Of a stretch of DNA of 51,807 nucleotides, positions 9,771-19,825 are shown piece after piece. The position numbers were made by a program, and so were the translations under genes. The DNA is taken from positions 1 to 51,807 of the forward strand of contig JBDHSS010000001.1 in the NCBI GenBank assembly GCA_039808205.1, written 5' to 3'. The notes below the pieces were generated by a model. It searched no databases, had not been told where the DNA came from, and worked only from the letters and a program-made list of their open reading frames with translations. The DNA comes from Paracoccaceae bacterium (GTDB lineage Bacteria; Pseudomonadota; Alphaproteobacteria; Rhodobacterales; Rhodobacteraceae). Position 1 is the first letter of the stretch. Each line of letters starts with the position of its first letter.

Positions 9771-11117
9771 TCAACGATAGGTGACCGAACGGCAGGCGGC
9801 GACCACCTCGGCGGTGGTGACGAGGGCGAGCTTCTCAAGGTTTGCGGCATAGGGCATCGGCACGTCCTTGCCGGTGCAGTTGATCACCGGAGCATCGAGA
9901 TCGTCGAAGGCGTGCTCCATCAGGACGGCGGATACCCGGTTGCCGATCGATCCGACGGGGAAGCCCTCCTCGACGGTCACGCAGCGGTTGGTCCGGCGGA
10001 CCGAGGCGATGACGGCATCGGTATCCATTGGGCGCAGGCTTCGCAGGTCGATGACCTCGGCGGAGATATTGTCCTTGGCGAGCTCGTCGGCGGCCTGAAG
10101 CGCGTACGTCATGCCGATGCCGAAGCTGACGACGGTGACGTCGGTGCCGGGCCGCGCGACACGCGCCTTGCCGATCGGCACCGTAAAGTCGTCGAGCACC
10201 GGCACCTCGAAGCTGCGGCCGTAGAGGATCTCGTTCTCGAGGAAGATCACCGGATTGGGATCGCGGATCGCGGATTTCAGAAGTCCCTTCGCGTCGCCGG
10301 CGGTGAACGGCTGCACGACCTTGAGGCCGGGAATGTGCGCGTAGAGTGCCGCAAAGTCCTGGCTGTGCTGCGCGGCGACGCGGGCGGCGGCACCGTTCGG
10401 GCCGCGGAAGACGATCGGGCAGCCCATCTGCCCGCCGGACATGTAGAGCGTCTTGGCGGCAGAGTTGATGATCTGGTCGATCGCCTGGAGGGCGAAGTTG
10501 AAGGTCATGAACTCAACGATCGGGCGGAGCCCGGCGAAGGCGGCACCGACGGCGAGGCCGGTAAAGCCGTGCTCGGTGATCGGCGTGTCGATCACGCGCT
10601 TCGCGCCGAACTCGTCGAGAAGGCCCTGGCTGATCTTGTAGGCCCCCTGGTACTCCGCGACCTCCTCGCCGATCAGGAAGACGTCGCCGTCGCGGCGCAT
10701 CTCCTCGGCCATGGCGTCGCGCAACGCCTCGCGAACGGTCTGGGTCCGGAACGAGGTCCCCTCGGGCACATCGGGTTCGGCAACTGCGGGAGTCGCCGGT
10801 CTCGGGGCAGGGGCGGACTTGGCCGCCGGCTCGCTTCGCGGCTCCGGGCGCTTCGGCTTCGGCGCCGATTCCTCTCCCGCGTCCAGCAGGACCGCGATCG
10901 GCGTGTTCACCTTCACGCGCTCGGTCCCCTCCGGGACGAGGATTTCCCCAAGCCGTCCCTCGTCCACTGCCTCGAATTCCATCGTCGCCTTGTCGGTCTC
11001 AATCTCGGCGATGACCTGGCCGGACTTGACCGGGTCGCCCTGCTTGACCAGCCACTTCGAGAGCGTGCCCTCCTCCATCGTCGGAGACAGCGCGGGCATC
11101 AGGATCTCGGTCGGCAT
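9771..11117 (-). CDS. pdhB: Pyruvate dehydrogenase E1 beta with N-terminal lipoyl domain
   Basis: Start [14 protein letters not shown] at 11117 after GAGGAGGG; [24 protein letters not shown] motifs. Confidence 0.96.
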   Translation of the reverse strand: MPTEILMPALSPTMEEGTLSKWLVKQGDPVKSGQVIAEIETDKATMEFEAVDEGRLGEILVPEGTERVKVNTPIAVLLDAGEESAPKPKRPEPRSEPAAKSAPAPRPATPAVAEPDVPEGTSFRTQTVREALRDAMAEEMRRDGDVFLIGEEVAEYQGAYKISQGLLDEFGAKRVIDTPITEHGFTGLAVGAAFAGLRPIVEFMTFNFALQAIDQIINSAAKTLYMSGGQMGCPIVFRGPNGAAARVAAQHSQDFAALYAHIPGLKVVQPFTAGDAKGLLKSAIRDPNPVIFLENEILYGRSFEVPVLDDFTVPIGKARVARPGTDVTVVSFGIGMTYALQAADELAKDNISAEVIDLRSLRPMDTDAVIASVRRTNRCVTVEEGFPVGSIGNRVSAVLMEHAFDDLDAPVINCTGKDVPMPYAANLEKLALVTTAEVVAACRSVTYR

Positions 11118-11127
11118 GCTGCCCTCC

Positions 11128-12111
11128 TCAGGCGTAGACGTCGGTCCAGAGCTCGGAGGGATCCGGCTCGGGGCTTTCCTGGGCGAACTGCGCCGCATCG
11201 TTGACGATCGTCTTGATCTCGCGGTCGACGATCTTCAGCTCGTCGTCGATGGCCAGCTTGTCGGCGACGAGCAGATTGCGCACGTGGTCGATCGGATCGT
11301 GCTCCTCGCGCATCTTCTGCACTTCCTCGCGCGTCCGGTACTTCGCCGGGTCGGACATCGAGTGTCCGCGATAACGGTAGGTGTTCATCTCGAGGATGTA
11401 GGGCCCTTCGCCGGCGCGACAGTGCGCGACCGCCTTCGCGCCGGCGTCGCGCACCGCAAGCACGTCCATGCCGTCGACGGCCTCGCCGGGGATGCCGAAG
11501 GCCGCGCCGCGGGTGTAGAGCGCCGGCGTCGAGGAGCCGCGCTTGAGCGAGGTGCCCATCGCGTACTGATTGTTCTCGATGACGAAGACCACCGGCAGCT
11601 TCCAGAGGCTCGCCATGTTGAAGGTCTCGTAGACCTGGCCCTGGTTCGCGGCGCCATCGCCGAAGTAGGTGAAGGCCACCGCGTCGGTGCCGCGGTACTT
11701 GTTGGCGAAGGCGAGCCCCGCCCCGATCGGCACGTTGGCGCCGACGATGCCGTGGCCGCCGTAAAACTCCTTTTCCTTCGAAAACATATGCATCGAGCCG
11801 CCCTTGCCCTTGGAGTAGCCTCCCGAGCGGCCGGTGAGCTCGGCCATCACACCCTTCGGATCCATGCCGCAGGCGAGCATGTGGCCGTGGTCGCGGTAGG
11901 TGGTCACCCGCTGGTCGCCGGGCTTGGCGACGGATTCGAGGCCGACGACGACGGCTTCCTGGCCGATGTAGAGGTGGCAGAAGCCGCCGATCAGCCCCAT
12001 GCCGTAGAGCTGCCCCGCCTTCTCCTCGAACCGGCGGATGAGCAGCATGGCGCGATAGAAGCCCATCAGCTCGTCTCGGGAAGCGGCGTCGCCTGCACGC
12101 TTGGGGGGCAT
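11128..12111 (-). CDS. pdhA: Pyruvate dehydrogenase E1 alpha
   Basis: [21 protein letters not shown] motif [20 protein letters not shown]; start MPPKRAG after GAGGAG. Confidence 0.96.
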   Translation of the reverse strand: MPPKRAGDAASRDELMGFYRAMLLIRRFEEKAGQLYGMGLIGGFCHLYIGQEAVVVGLESVAKPGDQRVTTYRDHGHMLACGMDPKGVMAELTGRSGGYSKGKGGSMHMFSKEKEFYGGHGIVGANVPIGAGLAFANKYRGTDAVAFTYFGDGAANQGQVYETFNMASLWKLPVVFVIENNQYAMGTSLKRGSSTPALYTRGAAFGIPGEAVDGMDVLAVRDAGAKAVAHCRAGEGPYILEMNTYRYRGHSMSDPAKYRTREEVQKMREEHDPIDHVRNLLVADKLAIDDELKIVDREIKTIVNDAAQFAQESPEPDPSELWTDVYA

Positions 12112-12130
12112 GGCGCGCTCCTCCTCTGGC

Positions 12131-12160
12131 TGGTTCAACGTTGAGCTACCGGGGAGTATA
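12131..12160 (-). promoter_or_regulatory. Putative pdhA promoter -10 (TATACT) followed by an 18-bp imperfect palindrome
   Basis: Minus-strand TATACT at 12160-12155; TGGTTCAACGTTGAGCTA at 12131-12148 with perfect core TCAACGTTGA. Confidence 0.5.
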
Positions 12161-12193
12161 ACGGCGAATTCGGGCGGCGGAACCCCGCTCCGC

Positions 12194-12505
12194 CTATTGG
12201 ATGATGAACTCCTCGGTCCGGCCGAGCCCGAGAACCTTGCGCGCCTGCTCGTCGAGCATGTCGAGGTCGAGCGTCTCGGTGGAGAGCCGGCGGGTCTTGT
12301 TCTCGATGAGCGCACGCTCAACCTTGAGATCAGCGAGGTCGGCCTCCAGCCGATCCGCCTGCGCCTCCACCTGGAACAGGCTGAAGAGGCCATGCTCGCC
12401 CTGCAGGGCGGCAAAGGTCAGATAGCACATGAGCGCAATCACCACGATCGCGAAGATCGCCCCGGCAAAGCCGCGCCGCCGGGGCTCGATTTCCGGATAA
12501 GTCAA
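12194..12505 (-). CDS. Septum formation initiator (FtsB/DivIC family)
   Basis: TM helix then QGEHGL, coiled coil, LDLDMLDEQARKVLG; usual position upstream of pdhA. TTG start is approximate. Confidence 0.85.
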   Translation of the reverse strand: MTYPEIEPRRRGFAGAIFAIVVIALMCYLTFAALQGEHGLFSLFQVEAQADRLEADLADLKVERALIENKTRRLSTETLDLDMLDEQARKVLGLGRTEEFIIQ

Positions 12506-12588
12506 AGCCTGTTTCGCCCGCTTCTTCTGCTCGTTGCCGGGCAGGATGCCAGAAAGCGGGCGATTTGGGAATGCCTTTTGGCGGACCC

Positions 12589-13518
12589 TCAGCCGCGGCC
12601 CTTGTAGATTTCCACCAGCTGATTGAGCATGTGCATCGCGTCCTCGCGCGAGCGCTGGAAGGTGTTGCGGCCGATGATCGAGCCGTTGCCGCCGCCGTCG
12701 CGGATGGCGCGGGCGTCCTCGTAGACCGAGTTCTCGTCCTTCGCGGCGCCGCCGGAGAACACGACGATCCGCCGGCCACCGAACGCCGCCTGCATGCAGT
12801 GCCGCACGCGCGCGGCTTGCGTCGCCACGTCGATCCCCTGCTTCTCGTAAACCTTCTTCGCCTCGCCCTGCTCGAGGTGCGCGGTCGACAGCTTGATCTT
12901 GATGATGTGCGCGCCGAGCAGTGCCGCGATCTGCGCCGCATAGGCGCCGATGTCGATCGCGGTCTCGCCTTCCTTCGAGATGTCCTCGCCGCGCGGATAG
13001 GACCAGATTACCGTCGGCAGGCCCTTCGCGGCAGCTTCCTCGCGAAGCTCCGAGATTTCCTCGAACATGTCGAGCCCGTGCGCCGAGCCGGGGTAGACGG
13101 TAAAGCCGATCGCGGCGCAGCCGAGCCGCAGCGCATCGTCGACCGAGGCGGTGATCGCCTGGTCGAAGCCGGCCACCTTCGGCACCAGCGAGTTCGACGA
13201 GTTCATCTTCAGGATCGTCGGGATCTGGCCGGCGAAGGTGTCCGCGCCGGCCTCGATCATGCCGAGCGGCGCGGCGTAGGCGTTCAGCCCCGCGTCGAGC
13301 GCGATCTGGTAGTGATAGTGCGGGTCGTAGGCTGGCGGGTTCGGCGCGAAGCTGCGTGCCGGGCCGTGCTCGAAGCCCTGATCGACCGGCAGGATGATCA
13401 TCTTGCCGGTGCCCCCGAGACGGCCCTGCATCAGCATCCGGCAGAGGTTTCCCTTCACCCCCGGATTGTCCGACTCGTAGTAGCTCAGGATCTTCAGGAC
13501 AGTCCGCGTCGCCTTCAT
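12589..13518 (-). CDS. fbaB: Class I fructose-bisphosphate aldolase (DhnA/FbaB type)
   Basis: ILPVDQGFEHGP, WSYPRG, GAHIIK Schiff-base Lys region, GSIIGRN.FQR. Confidence 0.93.
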   Translation of the reverse strand: MKATRTVLKILSYYESDNPGVKGNLCRMLMQGRLGGTGKMIILPVDQGFEHGPARSFAPNPPAYDPHYHYQIALDAGLNAYAAPLGMIEAGADTFAGQIPTILKMNSSNSLVPKVAGFDQAITASVDDALRLGCAAIGFTVYPGSAHGLDMFEEISELREEAAAKGLPTVIWSYPRGEDISKEGETAIDIGAYAAQIAALLGAHIIKIKLSTAHLEQGEAKKVYEKQGIDVATQAARVRHCMQAAFGGRRIVVFSGGAAKDENSVYEDARAIRDGGGNGSIIGRNTFQRSREDAMHMLNQLVEIYKGRG

Positions 13519-13544
13519 GAACACTTCCTCGACGTTGCTGAAAC

Positions 13545-14735
13545 TCAGGCCTCGAGCGCGGCGACGCCGGGAAGCGTCTTGCCCTCGAGCCACTCCAGGA
13601 AGGCGCCGCCCGCCGTGGAGACATAGGTGAAGTCGTCGGCCGCGCCGCTCGCGTTGAGGGCGGCTACGGTGTCGCCGCCGCCGGCGACCGACAGGAGCTT
13701 GCCGGCACGAGTGAGCCGAGCGGCCGCCTGCGCTGCGGCATCGGTCGCGGTGTTGAACGGCGGGATCTCGAAGGCTCCGAGCGGCCCATTCCAGACCAGC
13801 GTCTTCGCCGCGGCAAAGGCCGTCACCACCGCCGCGGTCGCCTCAGGCCCGGCATCGAGGATCATCGCGTCCGGCGGGCACTTGTCGGCCGGGACCGTCT
13901 CGCTCACCGCACCCGCCTTGAACTCGCGTGCCACGACCACGTCCGCCGGCAGCAGGATCGCGCAGCCCGACTCCTCGGCCTTCCCGAGGATCTCGCGCGC
14001 CGTTCCGACCAGGTCATGCTCGCAGAGCGACTTGCCGACGTCGATCCCTTTGGCGGCGAGGAAAGTGTTCGCCATTCCGCCGCCGATCACCAGCGTATCG
14101 ACCTTCGCGATCAGGTTGCCGAGGAGCTCGAGCTTCGTCGACACCTTCGCACCACCGACCACCGCCACCACCGGTCGCTCCGGCTGCCCGAGCGCCTTCT
14201 CGAGCGCGCCGAGTTCGGCCTGCATCAGCCGCCCGGCACAGGACGGCAAGAGCTTGGCCAGCGCCTCGGTCGAGGCGTGGGCTCGGTGCGCGGCCGAGAA
14301 GGCGTCGTTGCAGTAGACGTCGCCGAGGCTCGCCAGTGCCTTCGCGAACGCGGGGTCGTTCTTCTCCTCGCCGGCATGGAAGCGAGTGTTCTCAAGCAGG
14401 AGCACGTCGCCCGGTGCCATCGCCCGCACCGCGCGCGCCGCCACCTCGCCGACGCAATCGTCCGCGAAGGCCACCTCCTGCCCGAGCGTCTCCGCGAGCG
14501 CCGGCAGCACGACCTTGAGGCTCATCGACGGCACGACCTTGCCTTTCGGCCGGTCGAAATGCGCCATGAGGACCGGCTTGCCGCCCTTGGCTAGGATGTC
14601 GCGGACCGTCGGCACGATCCGCTCGATCCGCGTCGCGTCGGTCACCTTGCCGTTTTCGACCGGCACGTTGATGTCGACGCGAGTTAGCACGACCTTGCCG
14701 GCGAGATCGAGATCGTCGAGCGTCTTCCAATACAT
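13545..14735 (-). CDS. pgk: Phosphoglycerate kinase
   Basis: [46 protein letters not shown]; start MYWKTLDD. Confidence 0.97.
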   Translation of the reverse strand: MYWKTLDDLDLAGKVVLTRVDINVPVENGKVTDATRIERIVPTVRDILAKGGKPVLMAHFDRPKGKVVPSMSLKVVLPALAETLGQEVAFADDCVGEVAARAVRAMAPGDVLLLENTRFHAGEEKNDPAFAKALASLGDVYCNDAFSAAHRAHASTEALAKLLPSCAGRLMQAELGALEKALGQPERPVVAVVGGAKVSTKLELLGNLIAKVDTLVIGGGMANTFLAAKGIDVGKSLCEHDLVGTAREILGKAEESGCAILLPADVVVAREFKAGAVSETVPADKCPPDAMILDAGPEATAAVVTAFAAAKTLVWNGPLGAFEIPPFNTATDAAAQAAARLTRAGKLLSVAGGGDTVAALNASGAADDFTYVSTAGGAFLEWLEGKTLPGVAALEA

Positions 14736-14746
14736 GGCCGTCTCCC

Positions 14747-16762
14747 TCAGAGCAGCGCCTCGACCTTCGCCGCCACCGCGTCGGCGGTGATGCCGAAGTG
14801 CGGATAGAGCTGCACGATCGATCCCGACGCCCCGAAGCTCCTCATGCCGACGAAGCCCGCCTTGCGCTCGCTGCCGCGCTCGCCAAAGAGCCAGCGGTCC
14901 CAGCCGAACTCGACCGCCGCCTCGACACCGACCCGCACCGGGCCGGCCGGCAGCACGCTGCGGCGGTACTTCTCGTCCTGTGCCGCGAAAAGCTCCCAGC
15001 ACGGCATCGACACCACGCGCGTGCCGATGCCCTTCGCCTGCAGCGCCGCGCGCGCGTCGAGCGCGATCTCCACCTCCGAGCCCGTGGCGAGCAGGATCGC
15101 CTGGCGCTTGCCCTCCGCCTCGGCGAGCACGTAGGCGCCGCGCGCCGAGAGATTCTGCCGCGTGTGCGTCGTCCGCACCGTCCGCAGGTTCTGCCGGGTC
15201 AGCGCCAGCACCGTCGGCACGTCGGCGCCGAGCGCCAACTCCCAGGCCTCGGCCGTCTCCACCGTGTCCGCAGGCCGGAACACGTTGAGTTTCGGCGTCG
15301 CCCGCAGCATCGCCAGGTGCTCGACGGGCTGGTGCGTCGGCCCGTCCTCGCCGAGCCCGATCGAGTCGTGGGTCAGCACATAGATGACCCGGAGCCCCAT
15401 GATCGAGGACAGCCGCATCGCGCCACGCGCATAGTCGGAGAACACGAGGAACGTGCCGCCGTAGGGAATGCAGCCGCCGTGCAGCGCGATGCCGTTCATC
15501 GTGGCCGCCATGCCATGCTCGCGGATGCCATAGTGGATGTAGCGCCCGCCGCGGCTGTCCACGTCGAAGGTGCCGAGGCCCTTGGTCAGCGTGTTGTTCG
15601 ACCCGGTGAGGTCCGCCGAGCCGCCGAGCGTCTCCGGCGTGTTGGCGTTGATGACCTCGAGCGTCATCTCGGAGGATTTCCGCGTCGCGACCTTGGGGGC
15701 GGCCTCGGACTGGGCCTTGCGGAATGCGGTCAGGGCCGGCACCAGCTTCTTCGGCAGCGTCCCCGCCACCACCCGGTCGAACTCGGCGCGCTTGCTCCCG
15801 CCGAGCTTGCCGAGCCGCTCCTCCCACGCCTCGCGCTCGGGCCGTCCGCGCTCGCCGATCTTGCGCCAGGCGTCCATGACCTCGTTCGGCACCTCGAAGG
15901 GCGGATAGGTCCAGCCGTAGATCTCGCGCACCTTGGCGATCTCGTCCGCCCCGAGCGGCGAGCCGTGCGCGGCCTTGGTGTCCTGTTTGGTGGGCGCGCC
16001 ATAGCCGATGTGGGTGTGGCAGTCGATCATCGCCGGCCGGTCGCTGGCCTTGGCCTCGCGGATCGCCCGGTCGATGTCGTCGGGGTCGTGACCGTCGCAC
16101 TCGTGCACCGACCAGCCGGACGCCGCGAAGCGCGCCTTCTGGTCGGTGATGTCCGACAGCGACACCTTGCCGTCGATCGAGATGCCGTTGTCGTCCCAGA
16201 GCAGCGTCAGCCGCGCGAGCTTCTGCCGGCCGGCGAGACTGATCGCCTCCTGGCTGATCCCTTCCATCAGGCAGCCGTCGCCCGCGAGCACCCAGGTGCG
16301 GTGGTCGACGATCTTGCGCCCGAACCGCGCCGCCATGCTTTCCTCGGCAATCGCGAAGCCGACCGAGTTGGCGACGCCCTGGCCGAGCGGCCCCGTCGTC
16401 GTCTCGATCCCCGCGGCGTGGCCGTACTCGGGGTGCCCCTCCGCCGGCGAGCCGATCTGCCGGAACCGCCGGATGTCGTCGATCGTCATGTCGGCATAGC
16501 CGGTGAGGTAGAGAAGCCCGTAGAGCAGCATCGACCCGTGCCCGGCCGAGAGCACGAAGCGGTCGCGGTCGGGCCAGCGCGGCGACGTCGGATCGAACTT
16601 CAGGTGCCGCTCGAAGAGCACCGTCGCGACGCCGGCCATGCCCATCGGCAGACCGGGGTGGCCGGAGTTCGCCTGCTGCACGGCATCCATCGCCAGCACC
16701 CGGAGTGCCGCGGCCTTCATCCAGTGGTCGGGGTGGCGCTGGCGGAGCTCGGGAATGTTCAC
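14747..16762 (-). CDS. tkt: Transketolase
   Basis: [47 protein letters not shown]. Confidence 0.97.
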   Translation of the reverse strand: MNIPELRQRHPDHWMKAAALRVLAMDAVQQANSGHPGLPMGMAGVATVLFERHLKFDPTSPRWPDRDRFVLSAGHGSMLLYGLLYLTGYADMTIDDIRRFRQIGSPAEGHPEYGHAAGIETTTGPLGQGVANSVGFAIAEESMAARFGRKIVDHRTWVLAGDGCLMEGISQEAISLAGRQKLARLTLLWDDNGISIDGKVSLSDITDQKARFAASGWSVHECDGHDPDDIDRAIREAKASDRPAMIDCHTHIGYGAPTKQDTKAAHGSPLGADEIAKVREIYGWTYPPFEVPNEVMDAWRKIGERGRPEREAWEERLGKLGGSKRAEFDRVVAGTLPKKLVPALTAFRKAQSEAAPKVATRKSSEMTLEVINANTPETLGGSADLTGSNNTLTKGLGTFDVDSRGGRYIHYGIREHGMAATMNGIALHGGCIPYGGTFLVFSDYARGAMRLSSIMGLRVIYVLTHDSIGLGEDGPTHQPVEHLAMLRATPKLNVFRPADTVETAEAWELALGADVPTVLALTRQNLRTVRTTHTRQNLSARGAYVLAEAEGKRQAILLATGSEVEIALDARAALQAKGIGTRVVSMPCWELFAAQDEKYRRSVLPAGPVRVGVEAAVEFGWDRWLFGERGSERKAGFVGMRSFGASGSIVQLYPHFGITADAVAAKVEALL

Positions 16763-16775
16763 CGGGAGGTCCTTT

Positions 16776-16816
16776 CCTGCACGCGGGCCTGCACGCGGGA
16801 TTTCCTGAAATTCAGG
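16776..16816. repeat. Perfect 12-bp tandem duplication plus palindrome upstream of tkt
   Basis: CCTGCACGCGGG twice at 16776-16799; CCTGAA-A-TTCAGG at 16804-16816. Confidence 0.6.
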
Positions 16817-17084
16817 CAGGCGGGCGAACTGATACCAGCCCGGGGTAGGGGGTCAAGGGCGGAACGCGCCGCCGCAGCCCGGCAGCCGGTATACGAAGGT
16901 GCCGGTGCCCGCGCTGATTGTCGCAGCGGATCAGCATCTTGCCCCTCCGGCCGTGCGCTCTGTCCGATGCCGTCGGCGGTCCTTCGCGCGGGCCCCGAGC
17001 CAATCCGCACAACCTGCTCGCGACTGATTGCATTCGCCGGGTCACGCCCCTAAAAAGCGAGGCGTCCGCATCGATGGGGCCCAG

Positions 17085-17339
17085 ATGAGTCAATTCGCCG
17101 AGCTCGAAGCCCAGTTCGCCGCGGCCTTGGGCCGCCTGCGCTCCGCTCTTGCTGCGCGCACCGCCGCGCTAGAGGGTCGTCCCGACGAGCGTGCGCTGCG
17201 CGACCGCATCGACACGCTCGAGGCCGAGAAGGCCGAGCTCGTCGACGAGCTGGAGCGGCTGCAGGTCAAGCGCGACAAGGACGTCGCCGCGCTCGATGAC
17301 CTGATTGCGCAGCTGAAGCCGCTGATCGAGGAGGTCTGA
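17085..17339 (+). CDS. Small coiled-coil protein upstream of zapA (DUF4164-like position)
   Basis: Heptad-rich MSQFAELEAQ...LDDLIAQLKPLIEEV; divergent from tkt and adjacent to zapA. Confidence 0.75.
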   Translation: MSQFAELEAQFAAALGRLRSALAARTAALEGRPDERALRDRIDTLEAEKAELVDELERLQVKRDKDVAALDDLIAQLKPLIEEV

Positions 17340-17340
17340 G

Positions 17341-17775
17341 GTGCCCGAGCTCATTCTCGAGATTGGCAGCCGCGTCTTCGAGGTCGCCTGCGAGCCTGGC
17401 CAGGAAGCCTCGCTCGAGCGCGCCGCGCGGCTCCTCGACGTCGAGGCCGCGCGCGTCGGCGACGCCGGCCGCGCCACCGAAAAGCGCATGCTGCTCCTCG
17501 CCGGCCTCCTCCTCGCCGACTCGATGACCGGCGTCCAGGAGCAGCTGCGCGCCGCCGAGGAGCGCGTCCGCCACGCCGAGGAGCGCGCGCGGATCGCCGA
17601 GGCGAAGTCGGCGATGCTCGCCGCGAACGCGCTCAAGCTCGAGACCGAGGCGTCGCACAAGCTCTCCCCGGCCGAGGTCGCCGAGCTGCGCGAGGAGAAC
17701 GAATTCGCTGGCGCGCTGCTCGGCAAGGTGCTGACCGAGCTCAACGCGCTCGCCGACGACCTCGAGCGCGCCTGA
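17341..17775 (+). CDS. zapA: Cell division protein ZapA
   Basis: MPE..LEIG.R.FEVAC.PGQE..L..AA..LD and RMLLLAGLLLAD. Confidence 0.9.
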   Translation: MPELILEIGSRVFEVACEPGQEASLERAARLLDVEAARVGDAGRATEKRMLLLAGLLLADSMTGVQEQLRAAEERVRHAEERARIAEAKSAMLAANALKLETEASHKLSPAEVAELREENEFAGALLGKVLTELNALADDLERA

Positions 17776-17891
17776 GCCCGGCTGCTCCGCAAGGCAGGCG
17801 TTGATCCTCCGCGCCACCAGCCGGCCGGGCTTGTCCGCCTGCGCGCCGGTGGCATGATCCCGCCCGAGAAGAGCGCAAGGAGAGGCACCAC

Positions 17892-19142
17892 ATGCTGCTC
17901 GGGTGCATCGGCGACGACTTCACCGGCTCGAGCGACCTCGGCAACACGCTGGCGCGGCAGGGGATGCGGGTGACGCAGTATTGCGGCATCCCCGCCGCGC
18001 CCGCCGCGCCGGAGGTCGAGGCGGGCGTCGTCGCGCTGAAGTCGCGCACGATCGCGCCGGCCGACGCGGTGGCGCAGTCGCTCGCCGCCCTCGACTGGCT
18101 CCGCGCCCAGGGTTGCCGGCAATTCCTGTTCAAGTATTGCTCGACCTTCGACTCGACCCCCGAAGGCAACATCGGCCCGGTCGCCGAAGCGCTTGCCACC
18201 GCGCTCGGCGCCTCGCGCGTCATCGTCTGCCCGGCCTTTCCCGCCGCCGGGCGCACGCTCTTCCAGGGCCACCTCTTTGTCGGCGACCGGCTGCTCTCCG
18301 AGAGCGGGATGCGCGACCATCCGCTGACGCCGATGACCGACCCCGACATCCGCCGCTGGCTCGCCCGCCAGACCCGGCTCGGCGTCGGCCACGTGCCGCT
18401 CGCCACCGTCTTCGAGGGCGCGCCCGCGATCCGCGCCGCGCTCGATGCCGAGGACGCCGCCGGCCGCCTTCTCGTCGTCGTCGACGCAGTTCGCGACGCC
18501 GACCTTTTCGCCATCGGCGCCGCCGCCGACGGCCTGCCGCTGGTCACCGGCGGCTCCGGCGTCGCCCTCGGGCTGCCTGCGAACTTCCGCGGCCAGGGCC
18601 TCCTCGCCGGCACTGCGGCCGACTGGACCGCGACGCCCGGCCCGGCGGCCATCCTCTCCGGCTCCTGCTCCCTCGCCACCCGCGGCCAGGTCGAGCGCCA
18701 CCGCGCCACGCACCCCGCGCTCGCGATCGACGTCGACGCGGTGATTGCCGGCACGACGACCGCCGACGACGTGGCGGGCTGGCTGCTCGCCCGCGGCGAC
18801 GACCTGCCGCTAGCCTACTCCTCCGCCGACCCCGACCGGGTCCGTGCGGCGCAGGCGCGGCACGGCCGCGAGGCTTCGGCCGCCGCGATCGAAGGCTTCT
18901 TCGCCGAGACCGCGCGCCGGCTCGTCGCCGGCGGCGTTCGCCGCCTCATCACCGCCGGCGGCGAGACCTCCGGCGCTGTCGTCGAGGGCCTCGGCCTCAC
19001 GGCGCTGGAGATCGGCCCCGAGATCGACCCCGGCGTGCCGGCGCTGCGCGCGGGCAAGCTCGTGCTCGCGCTCAAGTCCGGCAACTTCGGCCGCCCGACC
19101 TTCTTCGCGGAGGCAGCCCGCGTGCTGGCCGAAGGCGCATGA
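17892..19142 (+). CDS. otnK: 3-oxo-tetronate kinase (DUF1537 family)
   Basis: GCIGDDFTGSSD, FKYCSTFDSTPEGNIGP, AGGETSG, LKSGNFG; overlaps otnC. Confidence 0.9.
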   Translation: MLLGCIGDDFTGSSDLGNTLARQGMRVTQYCGIPAAPAAPEVEAGVVALKSRTIAPADAVAQSLAALDWLRAQGCRQFLFKYCSTFDSTPEGNIGPVAEALATALGASRVIVCPAFPAAGRTLFQGHLFVGDRLLSESGMRDHPLTPMTDPDIRRWLARQTRLGVGHVPLATVFEGAPAIRAALDAEDAAGRLLVVVDAVRDADLFAIGAAADGLPLVTGGSGVALGLPANFRGQGLLAGTAADWTATPGPAAILSGSCSLATRGQVERHRATHPALAIDVDAVIAGTTTADDVAGWLLARGDDLPLAYSSADPDRVRAAQARHGREASAAAIEGFFAETARRLVAGGVRRLITAGGETSGAVVEGLGLTALEIGPEIDPGVPALRAGKLVLALKSGNFGRPTFFAEAARVLAEGA

Positions 19143-19783
19143 CCGCCGAGACCACGCTCCGCGAGCGCATCTGCCGGATCGGCCGCTCGATCCACGACCG
19201 CGGCCTGACCGGCGGCGCGTCCGGCAACCTCTCGGCGCGCACCGCCGACGGCGGCCTCCTCGTCACCCCGACCGGCTCAAGCCTCGGCGACCTCGACCCC
19301 GCCCGCCTCTCGCGCCTCGACGCCGCGGGCCGGCTCCTGTCGGGCGACACGCCGACGAAAGAGATGGCGTTGCATGCCGCCTTCTACGACACCCGCGCCG
19401 GCGTCGGCGCCGTCGTCCACCTGCATTCCACGCACTCGGTCGCGCTCTCCATGCTGCCCGAGACCGACCCCGACAATGCGCTGCCGCCACTGACCGCCTA
19501 CTCGGTGATGCGCCTCGGCCGGGTGAAGCTCTTGCCCTACTTCCGTCCGGGCGACCCTGCCATGGGCGAGGCGGTGCGCGGCCTCGCCGGCCGGCGGGCG
19601 GCGGTGCTGCTCGCCAACCACGGGCCCGTCGTCGCCGGCAAGGACCTCGAGGCCGCGCTCTACGCCGCCGAGGAGCTCGAGGAGACCGCGCGCCTCGCGC
19701 TGCTGCTGCGCGGCTGCAATCCGGTTCTTTTGACCGACGCCCAGGTCCGGGACGTGGTGACGACCTTCGACGTCGATTGGTGA
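19139..19783 (+). CDS. otnC: 3-oxo-tetronate 4-phosphate decarboxylase (class II aldolase family)
   Basis: GNLS, VTPTG, PTKE..LH, VHLHSTH, LLANHGPVV; ATGA overlap with otnK. Confidence 0.88.
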   Translation: MTAETTLRERICRIGRSIHDRGLTGGASGNLSARTADGGLLVTPTGSSLGDLDPARLSRLDAAGRLLSGDTPTKEMALHAAFYDTRAGVGAVVHLHSTHSVALSMLPETDPDNALPPLTAYSVMRLGRVKLLPYFRPGDPAMGEAVRGLAGRRAAVLLANHGPVVAGKDLEAALYAAEELEETARLALLLRGCNPVLLTDAQVRDVVTTFDVDW

Positions 19784-19825
19784 CGTTCCCGACGGATACG
19801 GCGCGGCGTCGTCCCGCCGCCCGCT

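Noticed and set aside
17776-17891. 6S RNA downstream of zapA
   Set aside because: Only about 116 bp are available and no long 6S-like rod is evident.
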